This document shows, piece after piece, positions 26,795-39,295 of a stretch of 64,000 nucleotides of DNA. The notes under the pieces were generated by a model that ran no database searches, was not told the origin of the DNA, and worked only from the letters and a program-made list of their open reading frames with translations. A program made the translations under genes and the position numbers. The number at the start of each line of letters is the position of its first letter. Position 1 is the first letter of the stretch. This DNA is from Phoronis australis (taxonomy: Eukaryota; Animalia; Phoronida). The stretch is from positions 6,902 through 70,901 of the forward strand of contig NMRA01000262.1 in assembly GCA_002633005.1 (NCBI GenBank), read 5' to 3'.

Positions 26795-28162
26795 GTGAGC
26801 TGTTGTTTGTCATCTAGAGTGCTTTGGAATGTTTTTAAAACTCAAATTGCTGATTCAAAATAAAATATTTTTGCTTCCTTACTGCGAGTTGAAATTGGCT
26901 CACATCAGTCACTAGCTGTGTTGGACAAGTCATCTATATGAAAAACAAAGTCATTACCGTGGTTACTGTTTCCATGGTGATTCAAATCTTTGATTCTATG
27001 GAAGCGAACAGCCCCCTTGAGAGTTTTGGCATGTTGACTCAAAAATGTTGAAATGTGACGTGTCATTGTTGCTAACTTGTACCACTGGCATGCTTGTTAA
27101 GTCAACTCAAACTTAGTTATCCTGGGTGAAAGATGACTTTTTTAGTATTTTCAATATGTACATGCCTTCAACTGATTAAAAGTCTCACACAACTCTTATC
27201 AAGTCAAGAACAGATGGCAAACTTCAAACTGGAGTAAAAGTCTCACGCATCGCATCGCTTGTCAAGTCAAGCACAAACTTCAAACTGGAATGTGTTGGAG
27301 CTGAATGTTGCCATTGATTCACTTAATGAATCACTTCAGTCCATGGTTTTGTCCTGAAACGCTGGCTTATCGTATTTCAAAACCAAAACTAAGTGTTCCA
27401 TCCCAAAAGATGAAGAAAATCGGTGCTTTTCAGGATTGGTGTTTCTTGGTCTTTACAATTGAGTAAAATTTACGATTTTGTTATAATTGTTTTATGTATT
27501 CAACTGTATGGGATTTGAATTGTATACATATAGTATGGGTTTAATATTAAATTGATATTACAATATGGTTCTCAGACTGTTGAATTTTGGATGTAATGTG
27601 TTATGGTTTGGCTGTTTTTAAAACATTTTTATTTCACTACCCTCACTCGTGGGGAGGGGCAAATTTGGTGGGACTCTGTCATTTTCATTGCAAAAATATC
27701 TCGTTTTCATTTTGCAATTATTTTACTCTTTTGTTGAATTGCAGACAAAATGTTTTGAGTTGTGCACCTATTTTATGGTCAATAGCAGAAGGGGAGACAA
27801 GCTTGCTTACATTACAATGTCGATCTTAATTCTTAATTGTAATAAGCCCGCTTTTTTGGAGTTTTTGTTGACAGTTGTGACTGAAGTCAGCTGAAAGTTT
27901 GATGCAGTCAATGATTAAGCCGGAAATTTTTCTTCAAAATTTTCCGATTTTTGAGATGTATTGGAAATTAGCATCCAAGTGATTCTGCTGGATATGGAGT
28001 CAAAGCTTGAAAACCACAATTTTGAAAACAGTTATGGTGAATTGTCTGAGGACTTGTTTTGATGTGAACTTTCTGAGGACTTGTATAGATTTGATGTCAC
28101 AGTACCAGCAGTTAAGTCGGTTAGGTAAGCTTTGCATTTCGATGTGTGTTTAAATGTTGCAG

Positions 28163-28250
28163 AAAGTAGAAAATGGTGATTTCAACTGGATTATACCCCA
28201 CAAATTTCTGGCTTTCTGCGGGCCGCACCCTAAGAGCAAGATAGAAAATG
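28163..28250 (+). CDS. CDC14: CDC14 mutually exclusive exon 8a ([30 protein letters not shown])
   Basis: ttgcag|AAA...AAT G|gtaggc, 88 nt, phase 0->1, intact. Too short to appear in the ORF track. Confidence 0.92.
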
Positions 28251-29205
28251 GTAGGCCTTGTTATCACCTGCTTTTGACACGGTCATCGTAGGGACCTCTT
28301 TTTCCGGTGGCGGAGACGATTTGAATTGACATTTCACGTCCGTTTGTCTATCTTCTTAGTCTCTGTATCAAAATAGCCTGCCCATTTGCTTTCCAAATTT
28401 TGAACCAACTTTTAGAACCACTGAACTTTCTCTTCACAAACTCAGAAGTATTCATTCCCAGCACCAAAATGCGAACTTTTGGAACAAGACCAAAGCATTA
28501 AGATGTATACTCCGATTGCTGTATCACCGGTCAGACGAGGGTATGAATTCATTTTCCCAAGGGGTGGCCTGCAATTAGAAGTCTGACTTTATTTTAAGGA
28601 TGTATTTCAATGATTTGGAGCGTTTATTCAGGGTTTGGAAGATAGATTTACGGTTTACCTTGTGTGTAATTTCATCAAACTTGATTCACTATCTGGTCCT
28701 TCCATGTGATGAATCAAGTATTGTATTTTGTCTCTACATTCTTATGTCTTTTGATCTCTGGCACGTATGGTCCCTAGCGATGACTTGAACAGGGTCTGGT
28801 AGTTAGGGAAATACTCACTCAGATGACAGAGAAAACTGGCTTTACCCGAATATTTCCTTAAGAAAAGATGAACATAATTTTAGAAGAATGTACTTCGGAT
28901 ATTGTACCTCTTGGTGTAAGCTATTTTGTTTTGTTATTCTATCTTATCAAACTGGTTATCAGGAATTGATGCAACAATATTTTTACAGATTTCTGAATCT
29001 GTCTCTTCCAAACACTTTGCTATGATGAAAATAAGGAAATGTTATGGGCATGCATAAGTCAAAAACCTATGTTCAGAAGGGATTATTATCAAGGTATCAA
29101 AGCCACTGTGACTGTCATCTACTGCTACATTCTCCCTTTTACCAGACTCTGTGCCAAGTAATTCACTTCACTCACATGTTCTTGTCTCGTGTCTTACTTC
29201 GACAG

Positions 29206-29293
29206 CGTGTTGAAAACGGTGACCTTAACTGGATAGTCCCCGAGAAATTTCTGGCCTTTAGTGGGCCGCACCCAAAGAGCAAAGTTGAGAATG
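29206..29293 (+). CDS. CDC14: CDC14 mutually exclusive exon 8b ([30 protein letters not shown])
   Basis: gacag|CGT...AAT G|gtaacg, 88 nt, phase 0->1, intact. Confidence 0.93.
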
Positions 29294-30438
29294 GTAACGG
29301 GTTCCCCTAGCTAGCTAGCTCATCGTTTATCGTTGTTGCTCACTAATTTCTTACATTGCTTCTAGTTGTTTAAACAACAGCTTCCTTACGGCTTTATCTA
29401 TCCAGATTGCATTTTGTTGTTTGTCTTGATGTGTGTATTCACTGAAGCTGTGTTAAGAAATGAACTCTGGTTTGTTTCACTACCGAGTGGTCCTAAATTT
29501 CTGTCATTGAACCTGCATTTATTTTTATTTTTCTCGGGGTCCATTTCATGAAATGCCGCTTAATACATTTTTTGCTCTTTATTTCATGATGTTTTTGCAA
29601 AGTTATATTTTGGAAAAATCCTCTTTATTGTTTATATATAACTTGTAACCATGTTTTCCAAAAACGCTTTGAAAATTTGAATGAACAATTTTTGAAAATA
29701 TTTTCATGAAATGGGACCCTAATTCACTTACATGGTTAGCCTTTCCATATTTCTGTCATTGTGGATTGCTCGTTAAATTTTTGTTGCGACTTTAATTTTG
29801 CTCTCAATTCTCCCAACATATGACTGTATTGTGTTTTTTGATACATTATATGTGAGTCTGTGTGTCTGTGATATCTTACTCGCGTTATTTACTAACTCAA
29901 GATTTGTCCTTTGTTGTAAAGGTGGTGATGCGATTGATGTAGGTGGACTCTACTAATGGCTACTGAAAACTGGTGTCTTTATTTTCTTATCCAACAATAC
30001 AGTGTTGGCTGAATCATAATAAACATCAAAGCCAGTTCACTTTACTGCACTTAAGTGAAATGTTTTAGTCTTGTAGCATATTCAGTAAATCCAGCTTTTT
30101 ATTGACTTTGGTGTTTATCCACAAGTTTTAGACGACGTGTATTCCCAACATTTGTTAGGTCAGTGATGCACAACAACTTTTATTTCATTTTTCGAAAAGA
30201 TCACCAAAATCATGATGTGAACTGTAGACAATACAAATTCAGCTTAATTTGAAAGTGCAGTTTTGTCAAATTCTATGATTTATGTTGTTTTTTTTTTGAT
30301 TTCCTGTACGATTTTTACTTCAATGGAACTAAACTTAAAGTAGTAAGATTTTTGTGCAATCTACTGTAGATTTGCATGTATGTTATAACAGATCTATTGT
30401 GTAATTTTAGTTCTGTCACAAGTTGTTCCATATTTCAG

Positions 30439-30669
30439 GCTACCCATTGCACGCACCCGAGGCCTATTTCCCCTACTTCAGAAAACACAATGTGACCACC
30501 ATAGTGCGACTGAACAAGAAGATTTATGATGCACGGCGGTTTACAGATGGTGGCTTTGACCACCACGATCTGTTCTTTGTCGATGGCAGCACGCCAAACG
30601 ACAATATTCTTAGGAACTTCATTGAAATCGCTGAGAATGCTGAAGGAGCCATAGCTGTCCACTGTAAAG
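30439..30669 (+). CDS. CDC14: CDC14 exon 9 ([18 protein letters not shown]...[10 protein letters not shown]...AIAVHCK)
   Basis: tttcag|...AAA G|gttagt. Contains the general-acid DGS loop and the start of the catalytic HCK. Confidence 0.98.
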
Positions 30670-31116
30670 GTTAGTATGTGGTGGCTTCTTGTGAAATCAC
30701 ACGGCAAAGTTGTACAATCTGTGTTTTTACAAAGTTTTTAAACAAAAGAAAGAAAGCATTAAATAATGTGTTTGCATTTACTCTCTCTATTAATTTGTTA
30801 GCATGTACTCTCTCTATTAATTTGTTAGCATGTACTCTCTCTCTCTCTAGTAATTTGGTGTTATTACCTGGTAGTGAGCTAGCTTTTTATCAACAGTTTT
30901 TCAACATCAGAGTGTTTATATGTTTTAGCATGGTGGAAATAGTATTTCACTAAGTTTTCATCAAAATTGCCTAATTCTGTCATAGAAGGCAAAACTTCTG
31001 GTATTTGATTGATAGAAAATTAACTTCTTTTTAATGAACAATTTTAGGCAAGAATACATTTTGCTTTCTTTATTAATTAGTTTCATGTCTTATCGTCTGT
31101 TTTTTTATGTTTACAG

Positions 31117-31255
31117 CTGGTCTTGGACGTACTGGTACCCTGATAGCCTGCTACATGATGAAGCACTACAAGTTCACAGCAGCTGAGTGTATAGCTTGGC
31201 TCAGAATCTGTCGACCGGGTTCTGTCATTGGTCCACAGCAGAATTATCTAGAAGA
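31117..31255 (+). CDS. CDC14: CDC14 exon 10 ([18 protein letters not shown]...[14 protein letters not shown])
   Basis: ttacag|...GA|gtatgt, completing the CX5R motif HCKAGLGRT. Confidence 0.98.
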
Positions 31256-31838
31256 GTATGTGTTTGCTCCCTATGCTGCTGTGTCACGCAATATGTCATG
31301 ACTAGTTACACACGTGCACCTCTGTCCAACTAGTTACTCACGTGCACCTCTGTCCAACTAGTTACACACGTGTATCATTTCAAAGGTACAACTTTAAAAG
31401 GTTTAATACCTTCGCACCTACTATTAAAAATTTTGATTTAGACTATTTACTGTTATGAAATTGAATTGATCTTGTTTTTTACTTTGGGGCTAGTTTCTAT
31501 TCTTGGGAAGAACCGACGTGTCGTTATCACTTGAGACAGTGCTTGTTTATTTGCTTGTTGCACCGTGTTAGTAACATTCTCCGAAGCAGTATAGCTAAAC
31601 AGATAATTCTGAGTATTTTATCATAACCAATTCATGTTCAAACAACTGATCAGAGTGTTATGACGTTTTTTAAGAGAAAATACTGCATGGGAAGAGAGCA
31701 TCAGAGTGTTGCGTATACGGCATGGGAGTGTTGCGTATACGGCATGGGAGTGTTGCGTATACGTCACGCGACTATAAATTGTAAGAATTGTAGGTCAAAT
31801 AGATCTTGTATTATTGTGTCTTCAATCTTCACTTTCAG

Positions 31839-32046
31839 TAAACAATCGTGGTGTTGGATGCAGGGTGACATCTATAGGTCACGCCAGAAGGACCGGTTCC
31901 GTGACAAGTCACGAGACCACGTGTCAGGCATCCTCAGTGGCGTTGACGAGATGAAAATCAGTGATGTTCTCGAGAACAACAACAAGTACATGACGTCGGC
32001 GTACGACCGCATCGACGACGACGTAGACGGGCGGTATGCGGATGAT
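31839..32046 (+). CDS. CDC14: CDC14 exon 11 (KQSWCWMQGDIYRSR...YADD)
   Basis: tttcag|T AAA...GAT|gtacgt. 'W.QGDI.RS' motif, phase 2->0. Confidence 0.9.
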
Positions 32047-32577
32047 GTACGTTATCGGTCAAACCCGAGTGTAAATGTTAAGATTTTCTTTCATCTTGTT
32101 TCCTAGAAGTGGTGCTGGTGTGCTTGTCTGTCCTTTGTTGTGGGTCTCAGGTACTGTATACTGTCTTTATGATGACTTGAGCTGAAAACTGTTGAACTTA
32201 ACCAGTCAAATGATCACTGTTGTTACCAAAGTTCTGTCATTACAATGTTTGAATCAACATTATATGGTTTTGTTAAATGGAAGCAGAGACAATGAAATTT
32301 AGTGACGGTTATCTTTTCAATGTTGTTACCATTCACATCTGTGTTGGTTATCCTTGTAAAATTGGGGAATTATTGGCATTAAGAAGATAATGGCCTATGA
32401 CTAAAAACATTAAAGGAGAATGCCACCCTATTTAAATAGTCTTTTTTATCGTCTTAATTGGTCTATATCCACATCATCTCTTATACGGTCAAACTCACCT
32501 CGCTGAGAGGTGTTGCGTGAGGAAGGTGAGAAACGACACAGCGACGTCAGTGGTTCTTCTGTGGAGTGAATGCTACT

Positions 32578-32796
32578 ATGGTGTGGTGTACTGTTCCCAC
32601 TTGTGCGCACTATGAAGCAGCGAGGAAAGCGTGTGTATCGTTTTTTCGATTTCCTCGAGAGCCCGTGATGCTTCGGAAGTGGCTTGCGGCAGTGAAGAAT
32701 GAAAAGTACGCCGTTAATACCAAGTATGAGGCCGTGAAACATCTCCGTGTCTTTGGCCGGCATTTCGTCGACAGTGATTTCATTTGCCAAACCTGA
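32578..32796 (+). pseudogene. Degenerate THAP zinc-finger ORF within the Kolobok-like element
   Basis: MVWCTVPTC...SFFRFPRE...RKWLAAVK...LRVFGRHFVDSDF follows the THAP C2CH pattern, with the third Cys replaced by Phe (TTT), and stops immediately after the domain. Confidence 0.8.
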
Positions 32797-33752
32797 GCTC
32801 ATGCCAGGGTAGAAAAAGAGACAGAGGCTGAAAAACGTGAATCAGCTGTTGATCAGTTTTTGATTACGGAGAATTGTTGTTGGCTATGAAAACATAAACA
32901 ATTACAATTAATCCAAAGCATGAGAATATAACGTATTAATATAACCTGTTTGATGACTTACTCGTTTGTCACGCTTCTGTTTGGACGTCCGGGTGTAGGA
33001 TGTTTTCACCAGTTCTTTTTCCCAGCCCTAAAAAAACGTCTTAAACACACCTCTGTTGAGATGTGGTGCAAAATCAGGGTGGTCCATGAGACACATCTGT
33101 GCTTCTTCAAGAAGGCGTTTCACTTGCAGCAAACCTAAGCGTCAGTCATTTCCATTATCGAGCAGTTATCGCACTGACACCACGACGAGTCATTCAAACA
33201 GTTTTCAAAACTATCCATATGTTGCGTTGCCTGTGGATGTTCACGGTGTCTCTCTACCTGTGATGTCATCGTAGGATGAGCACTCGTCTAAGTCGAGATT
33301 ACGAGTTGCCATGTTGACGTTTATTAATTGCTGTGCGTTCTGTTTCAAATTGAATTATTCTCACCATAACCAATGCTTATATAAAACTGAAACAATTGTC
33401 TGCCTCTTAAGATACAATTTGTAATGCCTTTGGAGTGATCGTGAGTGTAGTTGAGAAGCCAGCAATGAATAAATCACTGCGTTACCAGCTTTAGATGCAA
33501 TAAAGCTTAATTGACCGGGCACCGAGGCTGTGTGAACGCATGATAATTCAGTGTTTGCTGACAGAAAGCTGTTGTGAAACTGTAACTCAATTTTACATCC
33601 TGTGGTCAGATGTTTGGGGAATCTTTATTTATATATACATGTACATTATTCGAATCAATGTTATTGTACAGCCTTTGCACTGACGGTTTTGTGGGAGGGT
33701 AACCTGACTTCGCGGCCCCCGACGAGTAAGTAGATTTGCAGTGTCTCGGCTA

Positions 33753-35250
33753 CCGTATTCGCAGTAATAACCGCCCATGCCCCTATAAGTGCCTCCCACG
33801 TATTTCCATCCTTTGCTAAAATAAGCGCCCAGTCCATGAACGTGTACGTGCGAAAAATGCCTTACTTACAGTCCTAAAATTCTACAGTAACGTCTTCAAT
33901 TTATCAATAATATCCAACAGTCCTGAAAAAATTATTGGGCGCAGAATTTGTAGACCACAAGCCTCACCGCTATGTCGGTATTTAGCCGTGACTGTACACT
34001 TCAAACTCCGCCATGCCTCAAAACAAACACAAAAGTTCTGCTGATATTGCGAGGACCAATGGTCTGGCCTTTCAGAACAGAAGTAGTGTACTTGTCTATG
34101 GGATTACTTTGTAGATATTTCCCAGTTTCAACAGGAATCCAAATTTCTTTGTAGGCCTACACGTGAAAACCGCGAATCGAAGACTAATTAAAAGCTTGAC
34201 CAGTGTTAAAAGCACGTGGCAAGGAAGCGCGCGCTACATATATGAACCTGTCATCAAAGACATTAGTCAGGAACTATCCATTCATGAAACGGGTAGCATA
34301 GCATCGATAAGAAATGAATATTGGAACTAATTTCCGACAGTTTCTAATACTATAAAAAATGTTTGTGTTATTTTAAAATGAATTGTTTGATTAACCATAA
34401 TTGGTTTTTTAAGCCAAATATCCGATAATATGACCACTGACGGTGAATGCTTTAACACCCTTACACCGAAAAATAACCGTCAGATAGTCACATACGCCGC
34501 ATCCAGCCACACGGCGACTAATATGGTGTTACCGAGACAAATGTCGAACGTTTTAAGCACATGAGACCGGCAAGTGCTGAATGAAACACGCTCTGGCTTA
34601 GGCCTACTGCTTGTGCAAATTTCTTTAGATACAATGCACATCTAGCTCATTAGATTGCGTGGCTCTGGCCAAAAGACGGTATCTGCTCTGGCAAATGAAC
34701 TCTGATGACACGCACGCGCTCGCTTACTCACAAACGCAGACAACTTCAAAACAAACGTCACGTGACAACAACGTGTGTTCGTCCAGACATTTTTCTCATG
34801 TTGCGCCGATCATACATGTAGATGTTACGATGTAGTAGCATAGATTTGTACTTAAACCTGCCGTGATCTTGACTCCACAGGAACTTAAAAATCTAAGGGA
34901 CGCTACTTGGAAAACTTAAGGAGGATTTCAGGTAATTTGCTCGAGTCTAAACTATATTTTTATTCAAGCATTCAAGTCGCCATATCGACTATTGCGAGGC
35001 AGGCAGTCGGTGAGTTTTCGCCCTGGGATTTCAGCACAATTTTCTGTAAAATGATCGTAATTTAGCAGCAAAGTTTGATAGCAATGCACCACGGTTTTGT
35101 TGAAAGTCACAGAGCGTAAATATGATGAATCTTAGCTTCCCATTTCACCCGTTTCGGAGACCGGGTTTCAACGGCCTTGGGTTATAATAAGCGCCCCTCC
35201 CTGAAACGAACTTTTCAAAGTGCCCTGGGCGATTATTACGGCGAATACGG
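33753..35250. mobile_element. Complete 1.5-kb Tc2/pogo-like non-autonomous element, TA TSD
   Basis: TA|CCGTATTCGCAGTAATAACCGCCC...GGGCGATTATTACGGCGAATACGG|TA. CCGTATT termini with a TA target are typical of the Tc2 group. No transposase ORF. Confidence 0.85.
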
Positions 35251-37170
35251 TAATTCACCAATATAATGACGTACACATTATTTCTTTGGCTCACTAGCAT
35301 AGTCTTTTCGTGACCGGAAGTTTAGTTTCCAACTTTTGGTGGTTTATGTTTGTGATGTCTTCAGTCCGGCCGCGATGGGCCTGATCCGGTTCCGCTAATA
35401 AGCTGACACCAATAAGCATGTTGTGAACTGCTGAACAGACTGCGTTCGAACCTGTTGCGTCATTGGTTAATTTCAACACCTCCGTCTGCCGTCAGGTAAA
35501 AGAATTGTACTTGCTGTTATCAAGTGGATTTTTCATCTAAATTGATACAAAATAAGTTGTATTTTGGGGTGGCATTTTCCTTTAATCCTCCAAAGCAATA
35601 TGACAGGAAATGGAAGTAGGGTGATTGTCTGGTTAAACTCTAGATGGCGTTGTTTGGTCTTTAGGAGTAAAAAAATGAAAGCACATCTGTCCATGGTTGT
35701 TCTGTGTGCTATATCTTTATGTGTGTTTTGTGCTGTCAAGTTGGCTTGAGTATTTTCTTTTGTTGTTGTCCATGTATTAGAGAGCTATTTGCTGGAAATG
35801 TGCAAGAGTGTCGCTGTTTCCATGCCCTGTTTTACTTGTTTAAGGTTATACAGGAGCCAAGAAGTGACAGATTGGATTCATATAATACTGTGCTGTGTTA
35901 GCAGCTGTTTTTGAAGTCTTCCACTTTTGCATTGAGAAGTTATCAAAGCATGGTTTTTGATTTTCAAGGAAAAAATTGATGAAGCGCTTAAAACAAGATG
36001 GAAATCGCAATTTGGAAATTTTTAACGTTTTTGATGTCTCATCTTGAACATGTATCCCAAATAAAATTTGATCACGTTATTGATAGTGTTGTTTTGCTAT
36101 CAATATACCTTTTTTTTCGTTAAATTTTACTCAACACATGATACTAATGGATTGGTAAAACGTAAAATTAAAATTCTATAGTCTTTCTACTTTCAGAAAA
36201 TTAAAACTTAGTAGTTAAAAAAATCTATAGTTTTGTAGACATTTTGCTCAGTACGCATATTTGTCTATAACATTTTACGTAACCTTGATATCCACAAGAC
36301 ATGGTGTAAACAACTTATTTGGAAAGTAGTGTGTATTGTGAAGCATGGTTATTGTAAACCTTCCACAAAAAATGAGCAAAATTACCTCACATTCCTTCAA
36401 TGTCCTGTGGCTCACATCTTCCTCAGTCATGTTGAGTTTTGTCACCAGGTGGCATGGAAAACAATGCATTGTATGTTTGGCTAAGATGGACCATAATTTG
36501 TTGTGGTAGCGTAACAAAAAAACATTCTTTGCTATTTAATGCTTCTTGTCCACAGATATTAGCAAAGCGAAGTTTATTCTGAAAAATGTGTTTAATGTTC
36601 TAAGTAACATTAAAAATACATGTGACTGAACATTGAACTGGTGACTCAACTATTGCACTCCAGTTTTGTTGTAAAACCATGAAAGTTCAATATCACTTCA
36701 TGTTCGTCTCGGTTTAGGTGTTTAGCTACATTACACCCTTTTTTAACTGGCAAATTGGATCTTTTACACTGATAGCATCAGGCTAAAAATTATCTTACTA
36801 AGAAAAACTTTGTTTTCTGTTATCAAAAAGAACATAAAATCCTCAACAGGTCAGGAAATGCGATTTATTCAGTTTCCCCAACCTTGAATTGTAACAATGG
36901 CGTGGAGGGAATTCCATTCTGAAATAGTTGTCATGTGACTGCAATGGCCATTAACCATAAGTGCATTGCAGGTCAGATGTTGGTGTGTTCTCTTTCATTA
37001 AGAACTTGGAATATGTTAAAGTGACAACTAAGCAGTGTGTAGTTCACCTTGAAACACTGTTTACAGTAAATTTTGTTCAAATCGTATGTGAGTTTGATAT
37101 GATCCGAGTGTCTGTTTCAATTTCTCTTGTCTATGGTTGATGTCTCTGTGTTGCTGTCTCTCCCCCACAG

Positions 37171-37274
37171 TACGCTGGCACCTCCACCAGGAGTGGTATG
37201 ACACAGGGCGACAAGTTGAACCAGTTGAAGATGCAGAGGAAACACCCAAGGTCAGCCACTACCGGCACCATGGC
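37171..37274 (+). CDS. CDC14: CDC14 exon 12 (YAGTSTRSGMTQGDKLNQLKMQRKHPRSATTGTM)
   Basis: ccacag|...GC|gtaagt. Contains the conserved metazoan CDC14 'TQGDKL' motif. Phase 0->2. Confidence 0.93.
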
Positions 37275-38072
37275 GTAAGTTAACATCTCCAGTCTGCCCT
37301 GTTTTATTGTGTTCACTTCTCTGTGTCACTGGTATTTTTTGAAATTCAGATATTTGTTACAATTAATTTTTTTTCAGATATCGTATTCTCAGTACTCGTT
37401 GTCTAGAAGCTATCAGTCCACTGTTCTGAGCATATAGCATTTAATTCACGGTACAGCAGAGGTTTCCAACTTGCAATTTCGTAAGATACAGGATCACAGG
37501 ATAATGTTTGATTTGTGAACAATTACCTTCACTAACATTGAAATTCATTGGAAACATTTCCATACATCAACCAGTCTGATCTCGTTTAGTTGTGCTGAAT
37601 GTACAGTCCAGTGTTGACACCTGATTGAGTGAGGCCTCAGTGGACACAAATACTGGTCTGTAAATAAGTATTTGCATGGACCTTGCTGGATAACCACCAT
37701 GAGCTGACTTAAAAATCTTACACCTGCGCTTTTCTAAGGCACCAAAAATACTCTTTCCTTACATTTTGGTTAAAAAAATGACAAATTTTAGCTCAAATAA
37801 ATTTAGCCAAAATGTATTCCCAAATGGTAATCTTCTAACATGACAGTAATACCTTTCAAAGTTAAGGTTATTTAGGACTCTAGAAAAATGTCCAATTCTG
37901 GCCAACTTACTGTCCTTAAAGAAATGATGATTGTCAAAGATGGGCCTATGTGAGGCTTTAAATTTCATTTTGAAATGTTGAAATTCTTGTGCAGCCCCTG
38001 TCTGCACTCCTAAGAACATTGCTGACCTTCGTAGTGATCTTTCTTATCTAGTGTCATGGTTGTCACTTTCAG

Positions 38073-38261
38073 TTCAACATCACAGGTGGCAGTTAAGCCT
38101 CACGTGACACGTGACCAACTAGTTAGGCCTCATACTCACGCTAGTTACAAATCATCACCCAGTAAGGGATCATACAGGCACTATAGTCATGATGAGCGTG
38201 CGCTCAGTCATAGGTTACGCCACTCCGGCTTTACTAAGCCAAGACGATCACTTCACGACAG
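38073..38261 (+). CDS. CDC14: CDC14 probable cassette exon 13 (189 nt, phase 2->2; STSQVAVKPH...RRSLHDR)
   Basis: ctttcag|...AG|gtagat. Open in the frame required by exons 12 and 14, and skippable without a frameshift. No conserved motif recognised. Confidence 0.65.
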
Positions 38262-38512
38262 GTAGATCTATCATACTTTACTAAGTCAAGACCATCACTT
38301 CATGACAGGTAGATCTATCATACTTTACTAAGTCAAGACCATCACTTCATGACAGGTAGATCTATCATACTTTACTAAGTCAAGACCATCACTTCATGGC
38401 AGGTAGATCTATCATACTTTACTAAGCCAATATGATCACATCATGACAGGTAGATCTATCTTACTGTACTAATGCAAAGACAATCACTTCATGACTGGTA
38501 GATCTATCATAC
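38229..38512. repeat. 47-bp minisatellite (6 copies) built from the exon 13 3' end and donor site
   Basis: G|GTAGATCTATC recurs at 38261, 38308, 38355, 38402, 38449 and ~38497. Confidence 0.9.
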
Positions 38513-38721
38513 TCTACACTCCAGGGAGCTCCACTTGAACACGTAGGGTTCGGAGTAATGGGTAGATTCTAAGTCATATTGTCCGATTGTTTTTGGTGTG
38601 TACCGCAAGTACAGCGACATCTGTGGTGAAACAGGAAGACATTTTGTGAGTTTAAATTGAGTCATGTTTTTTATTGTTATTACCACTACTTTTACTATAA
38701 TGTGCTTTTAAACATCTTCAG

Positions 38722-38925
38722 ACTTGAAGATGGCAAACCACACAAGCGTTCTACGACACAACCACTCCGTGTGGCTGGCTCAAAAAGCGCTCAGTCTGTC
38801 ATGTCACCGCTCAAGTCATCCAAGGTGACCTCATTGCATTCTGGGAACTCGACTTCTGCGGGGTCATCAAGTGTTAAGCGAGTCAGTCGACACACCAGTC
38901 CAACCAGCTCCAGTTCTATCAAGAC
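38722..38925 (+). CDS. CDC14: CDC14 exon 14 (LEDGKPHKRSTTQPLR...SSSSIKT)
   Basis: cttcag|...AAG AC|gtgagt, 204 nt, phase 2->2, Ser/basic-rich tail. Confidence 0.88.
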
Positions 38926-39104
38926 GTGAGTTACATTGTGTAGAGTCTGCTTTGTAACCTATGGTGGTGAATCATGCGCACTGCTATTGTATTTGTATGT
39001 TTATATAAATGAAAATTGACGAAATCTGTTCTCGTTGAAACCTAGCTAAATTTGGAGAAAAAAATTTACTTTGCTGCAGATGATTCCCAGTTATTTCACT
39101 AAAA

Positions 39105-39295
39105 CTTTGAAGCATTTTGTAATCAAATATTGTTTACATTCTGTCCAAACTTTGATGAAGCGTTTTGTTATCAAATATTGTATACATTCTGTCCAAACTT
39201 TGATGAAGCATTTTGTAATCAAATATTGTTTACATTCTGTCCAAACTTTGATGAAGCGTTTTGTAATCAAATATTGTTTACATTCTGTCCAAACT
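39105..39295. repeat. ~57-bp tandem repeat, ~3.3 copies
   Basis: Unit ...GAAGCATTTTGTAATCAAATATTGTTTACATTCTGTCCAAACTTTGAT... Confidence 0.9.

Larger units (their letters stand above)
32414..35581. mobile_element. Kolobok-like non-autonomous DNA transposon (TTAA TSD) with THAP remnant
   Basis: TTAA|AGGAGAATGCCACCC...GGGTGGCATTTTCCT|TTAA (15-bp TIR, 1 mismatch). Contains a THAP-like ORF and a nested Tc2-like element. Confidence 0.8.

Noticed and set aside
28163-29293. Exon 8 duplication as an assembly artefact
   Set aside because: There is no N join, flanks are non-homologous and synonymous divergence is extensive, unlike the true overlap artefacts at 49118, 53517 and 56685.
35845-35901. VIQEPRSDRLDSYNTVLC* as an alternative terminal exon after exon 11
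   Set aside because: Weak AAG acceptor, short, and no supporting motif. The resemblance to TVLR is probably chance.
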